This document shows, one piece after another, positions 11,601-23,600 of a DNA stretch of 64,000 nt (positions are counted from its first letter, which is position 1; every line of letters starts with the position of its first letter). Source of the stretch: Antedon mediterranea (taxonomy: Eukaryota > Animalia > Echinodermata). Below the pieces are notes generated by a model. It ran no database searches. It had not been told where the DNA came from and was given only the letters and a program-made list of their open reading frames with translations. The stretch covers positions 14,370,795 through 14,434,794 of the forward strand of contig NC_092670.1 in NCBI RefSeq assembly GCF_964355755.1, read 5' to 3'. A program made the translations under genes and the position numbers.

Positions 11601-14600
11601 TTGGCAACACAACAGTTCAGTACAATGTCTCAGATTTAGCTGGTAACTTTAATGATAGCTGCAGTTTTGTTATCACTGTTGGAGGTAAGACAACTGTACC
11701 TCGTTGTTGGAAATTAAAATTGAGCTACAGTAATATTATATCAAATGTAATTTATTTATACCTTTTATTTATGTTGTGAATAGATAATGAAAGTCCAATG
11801 ATTGACTGCCCAACAAATGTCACTTCAAACAATTACATCGGAGAAGGGTATGGACTAGTAAATATTAGTACAGATGAAGGAAGTCCAAATGCCACTGTTA
11901 CCTGGGATCCTCCTGTGACAAGTGACAATAGTAATGGAACAGTGACTGTAGTTTCATCACCATTTGAGTCAGGTGACATGATACCAATTGGTACTCACAT
12001 AATCACTTTTACAGCAACTGATCTTTCTGGAAATAATGATACATGTGAATTTTATTTCGAAGTTGAAGGTAAAGTATGAACCTTTTTTTTCAATTTGGAC
12101 AATTTTGAAAATAGAATAATCACTTTTACAGCAACTTACTCATAAAAAAAGACAAAAATACAGTAGTGACATTTGTGACATTAATCAACTCCAGGTTGAA
12201 GGTAAAACGATAGAGTGATGCTCTGAAAAGCCCAGTGACAGGCTATGTCTACTCCACTCCTAAAGCATTTAATACGTGCACGATAAATTATAGTTTATCC
12301 ATCCTGCAATTGGCGAGTCTAGCTGTTTGATGCTTATGAAATATAAACTCTTTCTTCAACCAAATGTTTTTAAATCATTTATATTGTTTACATCGATATT
12401 ATTGTGATCACCTTTTTCCATTTGTTTACTTTCACAAAAAAGAAAAAAAGTAATATATTATGAATAAAGGTATAGTCGTAATATGTTTCTTGTTTTAATC
12501 ATTATAATCTTAAAATTTAAGAGCAACTACTGAAGACATATGAAGGTAAAACCTCACAATTGAGATACATAAACAACTAAAATGAAAGTACATTTCTTTA
12601 GGAAAAACAATTGATTCTCTTTTCTCAGGCATATTGGACTTGTATTGCAATGATTTTGAATTCAGTATGCTTATAATCATACTGTTTTCAAATAAAAAAT
12701 GTTAAGTCTGTTTATATTTTAGATGTGGAGCCACCTAATGCAACTTGTCCTTCCGTGGTTGCTAGTGTGACTGATCCTGGAAATCCTAATGGCACTGTCA
12801 GTTTCAACATTACTGTTGTGGATAATGTTCTAGTTTCTTTATATGAAGCCAATTATACATTAGTATGTGATTACCGATGTACTATTGACATGGTGTCTTA
12901 TGACTTTGAGACTACTGCTGTATTTTCTATTGGAGAAACTATCGTTGAATACACATTCTATGACAATGGTTCACCAACAGCCAATAAAGAATCTTGTTAT
13001 GTTACGGTGGTAATTAAAGGTATGTTTACTCTTTAAGTTGAAATAAAAATTTTTTTGTACAGGTCAGTTTATGCACATGTTGTTTACTATCTTTAAAACT
13101 GGTCACATACCTATAACATAATCCTAATTCCTGTTATTTCAGCAGAATGTCATAAAATGATTTTATTTATTTGTAGATTAAACCAAACTTTGAGTTTATG
13201 AGTTTATTTTAAAGTTAGATATCTCAGTTAAAAATATGATATCTTTATAAAATAAATATAAAAAATGTAACATAAGCATACTATCTTTAGTAGAAAATGA
13301 CTCTTTGTTATACTTAATCATAAACACATTGCATTCTTATCACGTTGTTAAGTCCAACACACAACATAAAAATTACACATACACTCTATCAGAGGGGGTA
13401 GTCCTATAAATACTTACTATTTTCCTCTTTATTTCACTTAATATAAGCTTTAACATAATGAATCCTGAGTTAGATATCTTTAACAATAATTTTCAATATT
13501 TGCAAAATTATTAATAGCTTGTAGTATAATATTTATGTATTTTTACTGCGTTTCGTCCTGTAAATGGTGAAATCTGAGTTAACTAACTAACATTCCCAGA
13601 AAATGCTGAAATAAAGATGATATTCCAAAACATATATAGACATTGTTTAATCAACTTTGTTTAGCCTGGTTCCATAAAATCTCTACACTATCGCTAACTC
13701 ATCTTCAACACAAATCAGACATGAATAATATCATACAAAATAGCAAAATTAAACTCACGGCAGATCATCACCGACGAGGTGGTAGAGTTAAACATAAACC
13801 TGTTTGTCGCAGACAAGTTAGTAAAGTTAAAATGCAAAACAGTTTTTCGCGGACAAGTTGGCAAAGTTTAACCTGTTTAAACTTTACCAATCTTTCTGCC
13901 TAATTCAATATTTCTTATCAATTGCTGTGGGTGATGTGCGTAGCTGCAGCATATTACAATGGAAATTAATTAAAGCTTGTTTTGATTATGGGACTTGTAA
14001 AAAAATAAGCTTACTTTTTGTATTTTTCTTAGTTATTCATATTAACTAATGCTTCTTATAAAAAGGGGGTACAGTTGTCCCTTAAAACATGAATATGCCA
14101 TTTTACATTTTTAATAAAGTTATTCACTTTCATAAAAAAAAGGTAACAAAAGTAATGGTTTGACTTACAAAAAGACAAACATATTCTGTTAAATTTTAAA
14201 CAACTATTGTTTGCTATACAGTTGTTTACTGTTTACAAGAATTGTTTGTAATAATTATGCTCACTCTAATATTTAATATATTAAACTCAACCCTGCTTCA
14301 GTGGATTGAAAAATCAACAATTTAATAATGGCTGTAAATCATATTTACTGATATAAAATAGAAAATAATAGTTTCCTCATTACACCTTTAGATGATGAAG
14401 AACCATATATCATCAACTGCCCAGTGAAAATTATTATTGTTAACACAACAACTGGCGAGGCATTTGCAATCAATATCACATGGTTTGAACCGTCAGCTAC
14501 TGATAACTCTGGAGAGACGCTTGTACCAGTATCAGACTACACTTCTGGTGATAATATGTTTGCAATTGGCAACACAACAGTTCAGTACAATGTCTCAGAT

Positions 14601-17600
14601 TCAGCTGGTAACTTTAATGATAGCTGCAGTTTTGTTATCACTGTTGGAGGTAAGACAACTGTACCTCGTTGTTGGAAATTAAAATTGAGCTACAGTAATA
14701 TTATATCAAATATAATTTATTTATACCTTTTATTTATGTTGTGAATAGATAATGAAAGTCCAATGATTGACTGCCCAACAAATGTCACTTCAAACAATTA
14801 CATCGGAGAAGGGTATGGACTAGTAAATATTAGTACAGATGAAGGAAGTCCAAATGCCACTGTTACCTGGGATCCTCCTGTGACAAGTGACAATAGTAAT
14901 GGAACAGTGACTGTAGTTTCATCACCATTTGAGTCAGGTGACATGATACCAATTGGTACTCACATAATCACTTTCACATCAACTGATCCTTATGGAAATA
15001 GTGACACCTGTGTCTTTGGCCTCAAGGTTGAAGGTAAATTATAAAAATATTTTTTAATTTGAACAATTTAGAAATGCAGAAACAAATTGCTATGAAAATT
15101 TTTACCAATTGATCCAAATATGAGTTGGTTTAGGTGTTTTTTTATTTAACCTTTTACTGATGATCATGTACTCCATATATGGGTATGAGTTTTGTCAAAA
15201 TTAGAATTGATTGGTTGAGATTTCATAATGCATAATTGCTCTGTACAACATAAAATCTATTACTGTATTTGTATTCGTATATTCACTATGTGGGTTCACT
15301 ATCTGGGTGTTTAGCGTAGTAAAAAAAGGACTTTTCATTCATTGTTGTATTTATATATTTTGATTAAATAAGGTTTGATTATAATATATTCTCACATATT
15401 TCCTCATTTTCCAATTTATCTTATTCGCAGATGACAACAATATTTTCTTTTCTCACAAAAATGTAAACACTCTTGTTAATGTTAATTCTGAGCTTGATAG
15501 AGTTTCTTTAGGTTTACACATCTAAAACTAACTTCATCTACTTTACACAAAAGAACAACCGTAACAATACTTTTCCTTTTGATATTATAACCGATGGAAA
15601 CCCAATAGAAAAAGGAAACAATTTAAAATTTCTTTAGGTTCAAATTCAAATTGATTCAAAATTGAACTGGCAAACACACATTGCGATTACTAATAAAACA
15701 GTGTCTAAAAATGTTGGTGTTTTAAGTAAATTAAAATATATTCTTCCATACAATATTTTATTTTTGCTTTACAACACTCTCATTTTACCATACTTAACAT
15801 ACTGTAATATTGCTTGGGCTTCAATTTCTAACAACATTTTGCAGACTGATCCTTGGACTATTCCATCAACATCCAAAATTCACTGTCTCTTTAAGCTTCA
15901 AAAGAAGGCTCTAAGGATTGGCACTGGAGCAACCCCAAGATCCCATACAAGGCAATTATTCCATCAGCTAAACACTTTAAACATATTCGATATTAACAAA
16001 CTGCAAACTCTTGTATTTATGTTTCATGTTATTAATAACCAAAACTCCCTTCTCATTTTAACTCGTTGTTTACAATGTTTAGTCAGCTTCATCCTTATAA
16101 GACCAGGTCATCTACCCGGAAACATTCTATTTATGAAAAGTACACTATAGCCCTCAGGAAAAATTCTTTCATTTTTAACGGACCATTTTTATGAAATAAT
16201 TTAACTTTAAACATTAGATTATCACGAACATTACTTTCCTTTTTTTTTAAATACAAACAGTTCTTAATCCATCAATATTCTTTAGATAGTTAATAAGTTT
16301 GTTACTATGGAATTTATTTCTTACTTTTCCTTCTATTTATATTCAATCAAATCTGTTTGGCTTTTTTGTTCTTTTTTTTAGAAAGCAATTTACGTTACCA
16401 TGTACAATGTGATGTATTATGCCATTATGTCAACGTTCACAAAGACAAAAGCCATTCAAAACAAAGATTTAAATAAAAAATATTCCCTCCAAAATTACAA
16501 GTCGCCGATTTTGTTACGGTTGCAATGTGATTAGTGACGATAGTGTGTTCACGTTTAATTTATTTTTTCGCTAAGACTATTACAAAACTCGTGTTCATCA
16601 TTCGTCGTATAGCCAAATTCGTGAATGTGGGAACCGGTCGTTCCACTGTGGTGTCATTTGTCGATTTTTGATCTTAGTATTGCTACCCATATCGATTGTT
16701 ATTATCGTTGTTGTTTTATACTATTAATAATAAGAGGCCCTTGGTGGCCACTTGCGTCCCAAAATGTCCCAAAAAAAAAAATACTGATAGCAGTAATGAC
16801 AAGAACCTAAAATAATTATACTAATAATAATTAACGTTCTATATTTTATTATTAATCATTATTAAATACGCCCAAGACGTATTCAGTTTGTACATATTAT
16901 CTAAGATCTTCTTAGACATAATATAAAGTTACTAATAATAATAATAATTTTATTGTTTCTCTTTATATAACAGAGGCACAATTCTCAAGAGATGTGCAAC
17001 AAAATAAAATAAATACACTAGGTTATAAAAATACATTCAATACATTTGAGCGAAAAGTAAAAGATTGTGTTATGGAAGGATATTATAAATTTCGTTGCGT
17101 TACTAGAGGGCGCTATTAGTTTTAAACGAACTGAACAATAGAATATCCCAAAATCCGATTAGAGTTTCTTTAATTAGTGTTTCGATAATTTCTTTTCGTT
17201 TGTATGGTAATATTTAGTATATTTACTTTAAGCTTAGTTTACTTTAACCATTTGAACTGTTTGCAGGCTTCTTAACACATTTTAAAGAATAAATAAGCGA
17301 TTTTAAAGGCCGCACCAGTTTTGGCCTAGCCGGACCTGTTTTAGCGGCTGTTCAACGCCAAAATCGATCCGATCCCAATTATCTCTTAAACCATAAAGAA
17401 ATTGGTATAAGAATGTATTAAACACGAATATAAACATGACCCCAACAATTCAGAATAATGTATTTGATTTGTCTTTGGGGTCAAGGTAAAATGTCATTCC
17501 AGTATGACATCTAAAATATGCTAATTATCTTTTAATCCAATAGGTATTTTGAATAAGAATGTACAAGTACAAATATAAACATGACCCTTAAGATTCAGAA

Positions 17601-20600
17601 TAGCACATTTGATTTTTCAAATTATCCTTTAAATCAATTTGCATAGTAGTCTTACTATAACTACTAAAACATAGCATATACAGTACAGACATTGTAGCAG
17701 ATTGATGTCTGCACACTGCGCCCACACCCCTCCCACCCAGAGATTACTATACTAGGTCAATGATTTTACCTTAAACATTTTGAAAAAATTGAATATTATA
17801 ACTACTAAATTTACATAGGATCAGTATAGCTTATTCTAGATAATACCTTTACTTTTAACATTTAGCCCTACCTACTTTAGTAGGCCTACGAAGCTTAGTG
17901 AGAATTCAGTAAAATTACGTCAGAGTAGACCAAAAAACGTAGCTTTCTGATAATTAGGTGATCATTTAGAATGAAATGATCACCTATTGTTATTGTACTT
18001 ACATTAAAATATTCTTCCTCTTTCTGTACACTTTTTGTGTAACAAATATCTCAAAAAGTTAAATGTCAATGGATTACCAAAATTTCACAATGTCTTTCAA
18101 ATACTGTAACTTAATCCTAATAAGCTTTTCAGCGTGATCACTCATCCGTGACGTCATTTATACGCGATTTTGTGAAATCACATTATTATTATCAATGATA
18201 TCTCCATAATTCATTATCACATATTAATAAAATTCACTACACGTAAACTTCAGGTCAAGTGTCAAAATATTAGCAAATAAAAACGCATGTGGGGTCATGC
18301 GCATGAAATCGCGCGTTAACAATTTAAAAAGCTCAAAATTACGTTTTGATCAATTTAGAGCATGAATTAGGCCATTTGCGTGTTAAAAAATTACTGCGCA
18401 AAAACACGTTTTTGCGCGTGCGTACATAGAAAGCATAAAAAAATACAAATTTTTGTACAAACTGCATTCTACTCATCTTCCTTGGTACATCCACCAAATT
18501 TTAGTCATTTCAACTTAAAATAGTGCTATACGAGCACGTTAAAAATGACAAAATGCGCACATTAATTGTAAAAATTAAATGAAAATAATTTTTCAGAATA
18601 CATGGTGACCCCCAATTTCTTTAACTTATTATGGAATCCAATGAGTTGTAGATATAAATGTATATACACATTAGACGTACAAAATGGTATGACGTCATCA
18701 TTTGGCCACATGAATTTTTAAAATAGGGGTTTTTCCCCTTTTGTCATAGACCACCATATTAAACAGAGCGCAACTCGCTTATCTGTGATCAATTTTCTTT
18801 TAATTTTTAATACATTCTACCTCAATCAATTATGTTACTTATGAGTTGCCAATATTTTCTTTTGGATGACGTCATCACGTCTTAAAATTTAAATAACGGT
18901 GGTTATGTAATTTCACCTACCGTATATTTGAATACCTTACAGCTCTTCTGAATTAAAGTTGACCTCGATGTTTATAACTTAGTATGATAGCTGGTGAAGT
19001 AGATATGAATTCATATAAAAATTAAGCCTATCGGATGTTGTGACGTTATCATATGGCCAGCTGAAGTTAAAAAGTAGTTTTTTCATCTCTTTAGTCAAAG
19101 TTATACAATTTTTAAAGAGCGCGCACGGCCCTTCTACGTGCCAAATTTTCTTCCAATTGTTATATTTTATTGCTCAATTCATTATCTTTCAATATTGTTA
19201 TCCACAAGTTTTTTTTGATAATGTCATCAGTGTCAAAAACTTAGAACATGATGTGTGTCCATAATTTCACCAATGCTACACTGTACAAGATATACAGTAT
19301 ATACTGTACATAACGTATATGGCATATAATAGGCACAACTCAGCACTATATAGGCATATAAGGCCTAAAAAAAAAAATTGTTTGTTTGCTGTCAAGTTTT
19401 TTTTTTTTGGTAGGTGGGAAAAAGTTTTTTTTTAGGCTATCGCTCTTAGGCTATCGCTCTCTGTAGAGCGATAGCCTATTGTTATTGTCAGAGATTTCAT
19501 TTTTTCTGCTCATTTTTTGTTGGTCGCATATCTCAAAAATGGCAATAGCAGTTATGTTGTAACTTGGCCAGCAGATGCACGTATATATGTAGTTGTGCAA
19601 CAAACTTTGGTTTAATGAAAATATGGCCGCGTAGCGTAACTACGCGCGATTTTCTGAAATTCTTAGATTGACTATAACTTGAAAACCAATAGCTATTTTT
19701 AAATACCACTTGACACACGTATGCTTCATGTCAAGGGTCATCTTCCTGTATCATCAGCAAAATTTTGAACATTGGTCAAATCGCGCGTACGCGCGCTTTG
19801 AAAGTTAAAAATGCTCAAAATCAATTTCTAATTAACTTTCTACACGTTTCAGGACATTTTAAGCATTTCACATTTTTCAAAAAAATTTGCGTTGCGCGCG
19901 CGCTATTGCGCACTTCGCTCGTACGCAGCCTAGAAAGCCCGTTTTTGCGCTTGATTATTGTTTTTCATAGTTTTATGATATATTTCTTTCATATTTGATG
20001 AATTATGAATGCAAAATAATGACACACGTGCACGTCAAACTTTAAAAATCGTGCGCTTGAAAATTGGTAATTTTATGCAAATTTGTGTAAAAATATGCCT
20101 ATTTTGAATCGATTATAGCTCTCCGGGATGTCTGGTGACCCCCAATTCTTTTAACCTAATATGTAAGCAGATATATTGTAGATATGAATTCATGCAAAAT
20201 TTTTACCTCTGGGCTGTTGTGACGTCATCGTATGGCCACACAAATGTAAAATATAGGGATTTTGTCTCTTTCGACACAGTTCGTCACATTCAATAGAGCG
20301 CATACCGCGTAAACGTTATCAATTTTCTTCCAATTTTCAATATTTTATTACTAAAATAATTCCTTTTTAGACTTATGAACTTTTTTTTTTAATTTGAAAA
20401 GGTCATCATTTTCAAACAATTGAATAAACGTGAGTGGTGTAAAATATAGAAAATAACCGTCAACTAAACCGTTTACAATGCTAATACCGTCAACTGTTGA
20501 CACTTATTAAACGATTTTGATGTATTCCAGCTGTTCTTTACAATCGTTGTAGTGCAGCCTATTGTAGACTAAGCATAATAAATAACATGTGCGTGTTACG

Positions 20601-23600
20601 ATGCGTTGGGCGATAGCCTAACTCGTCAACGTGACGAGTTCAAATCTAGTTTTTTTTTTTTTATGTTAATTTCTCTGTTAATTGCTCGCGAATTTGAGAG
20701 TAACAAAACACACTGAATAAAACAACGAGCTCAAACATCTATTCATATTGCATAATTTGTTTCACACTTTAATTCTGTTTTGGGCGCGTTAGGCCCCGTG
20801 TCTAAACTAGCCTAGGCTAGGCCTACTACTACAAAGTAGGTCGTTGTTAGCAGGCCTAATTAAATATTTTAATTTTTAGAAGTTAGTGTACCGTATATTT
20901 CGGTGTATAAGTCGCACCTGTGTATAATAAGACGCACCCGACCCCTAACTGAGAGTAAAATATCGGTATTTTGTATATCGTTGATGTATAAGACGGCCGC
21001 GCCCAGCCTCAACAAGAAGGGAAGTCCCCCATTCCGTCAGTTGTTTCTAACTTGTTATGAATGAGTTTCGCACCCGCAACATCGAGTGCATGACCGCCGT
21101 GTGTGTGGGCTAGCCTCGCTCGATCCTTTTATCGAGAGGCGCGCGCAAGTTTTCACGGACAATCGTATTCGAGTGTGTACGCTAGGTCTATGCTATAATC
21201 AACTGGAGAATATACTAGTCGAATACTGTGTACACAATGTGGTTGCCAAGAAGGGCTTGCTCGCGCTGGGGGTATGACCAAAGATTATATAGCGCCGCAA
21301 TCTTTGGTATGACGGTCGTGCGTATAACTATAATACTATTCCAATCGTAAACGTCGTTTTCAAATGAAATTTTATCGGAGCGCCTAAAACAGCTCCATAA
21401 TGAACAAATCTTTTCATCATATTTAGTACAAAATCACGCTAAAATGCCTTGAAAACTAGCAGGTTGCTGTTACGCTAGTACACTGTAGCTAGGCTAGGCC
21501 TACTCTTTAGACTTTAGTAATACTAATAGGCCTAGGCCTAGGCCTTACCTTAAAAAGCCCAGGCCTAGCCAACGAGGTGGCGATATCTGTGTTGAGGCAT
21601 TTATGTTCGGTGTATGAGACGCACCCTTAATTTAGAGGTTAAATTTGCGTGTCAAAAGTGCGATTATACACCGAAATATACGCTACGTTATTATTTTTAT
21701 TGTTTCATCCTCGCACACTCGATTTTTACACCTTTTCGGCCAAAAAAAATCATTAAAAAAACTTTTTTTTAAAAAGCGCCCTCAACGTAAAAAAAAACCT
21801 TTTTCTTATTTCCGCCCCAAATTTTTGGCGAAATTAGGGGCGGCAGATGACAGCCCTACGGTAATTGGATGGCATACATCAACATTTTCTGATTGTATGT
21901 TAACATACGTGCATGTTTAAAAAATATTAATGTCAATAAAATTATAAAAATGATCACCTATAATTCGTCAAAGTGACGAATTAAATTCAAGTTAGTAATT
22001 TAAATTATCTATAATTTTTTTTTAAATCAAATTAACTACAAATAAACTAAGCAACAACAGTTGCAAAGAACTAGTTTTGTTAAAGTATACTTTAGTAAGT
22101 ATCACAATGACTTACTGTCTTACTGTATTCATTACATTCTGGATTAAAGCATCATTTTGCTAATAAAAATTATTTAATCCTAATAATATATACTGATACT
22201 TTAAAATGTTTGTGTTTAGATAAATTTTAATATACACTAAGGGTATTTAAATAGTATATGAATACAAACTTAACTTTTTTTTAATGGCTGGATTTTTTTA
22301 AAATTTTCATCCATCTCAAACTGAAAAATGTAGGGTGTTACGAAAGTTTCTATTTTTTTAAATGTATCTCTATATTTTCTGTATTTGTGTCATTTGAGAG
22401 CAGAGGACTCGTTCTTTACTAAAGTAAACTATAGACACTTGTTCTAAAGATCTTTAGTTCACATAGTATTCTTAATACACAGAATATGTCATCTTTCACT
22501 ACCACTTTGGTTAGTACAACTTTTCCCAATGTTAGGATCAGGTTTTACTGTTTAAAAAGTGGTTGGTTACTGTTTGAACCACATGACCTCCATTTTCACA
22601 GTTACAAATTTGTTTTGAAGAGGGTAAAGGTGTTTCCACACTTTCCCATAATTTCAATTGAAACACTTCGCACAACCAGCCAGGATTGACAGTTTTCGTG
22701 TTTAAGACATATTTTAGAATAGTGTAATATAATCTAAAACAAAAAAAACCAAATATAATAAAATATAATTCCTTACAATTAAAACACCTTTTCTAATATT
22801 CTCATCCCTGAAGTTAACTCAAATGAGCTTTTCTAAATAGATATGATTTGTTCATAGGTACATCATCCAAATTCAAATGAATTCACTTCATAATTAGAGT
22901 ATTTTATATTGTAAGATAATGACATTTTATCTTGACCCTAAATACAAATCAAATGCAAATCAAAGGACATATTATATTTCTATTAAATACATTCTTGTTC
23001 AAAATACCTGATGTTTTAAGAGATAATTAGCCTATTTTATATGGCATAATTAGATGACATTTGACTTTGACACCTAATACAACTCAATTGCATCATTCTG
23101 AATATTTAGGGTCATATTTATATTAAATACATTCTTGTTAAAAATACCTGATGTTTTGAGAGATAATTAGCCTATTTTATATGGCATAATTAGATGACAT
23201 TTCACTTTGACACCTAATACAACTCAATTGCATCATTCTGAATATTTAGGGTCATATTTATATTAAATACATTCTTGTTAAAATACCTGATGTTTTGAGA
23301 GTTATTTTAAAATTTTGTAATTAGGTGACCTTTTAAACCTTGAACCCTAATACAACTCAATTACATTATTCTAAACCTTTATAATTGTCATGTTTATATT
23401 TGTACATTGTAGTTATACATTCTTATTCAAAATACTGGAAAATAATGGATTAAGAGATAGTAAGCATATTTTAGAGGCCATTGGAATGACCTTTGACCTT
23501 CACCCCAAAGACAAATCAAATATATTATTTTGAATCTTTAGGGTCACATTTATATTTGTACTTGTACATTCTTATTCAAAATACCTATATGGATTAAAAG

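Larger units (their letters stand above)
8320..14990 (+). repeat. Tandem segmental duplication of a 3-exon unit (P-Q-R-P-Q-R-P)
   Basis: Exons and introns align; offset 2965 between exons 3 and 6, 3456-3496 upstream where copy 1 has insertions. Confidence 0.92.
19362..21854. mobile_element. Non-autonomous DNA element with GGCCTAAAAAAA terminus (ISL2EU/Harbinger-like), right TIR truncated
   Basis: GGCCT(A)nTTGTTTGTTTGCTGTC at left; only the complementary GACAGC remains at ~21849-21854. Confidence 0.45.
17954..21993 (+). mobile_element. Helentron-type non-autonomous element (HINE/DINE-like) no. 1
   Basis: 5' hairpin TAGGTGATCATTT-agaatg-AAATGATCACCTA; 3' subTIR AAATGATCACCTA (21948-21960) followed by hairpin AATTCGTCA-aag-TGACGAATT. 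Confidence 0.75.

Noticed and set aside
16380-17376. Probable DNA transposon fragment ending ...CAAAATCGATCCGATCCC
   Set aside because: No partner TIR or TSD found, so it cannot be bounded or classified.
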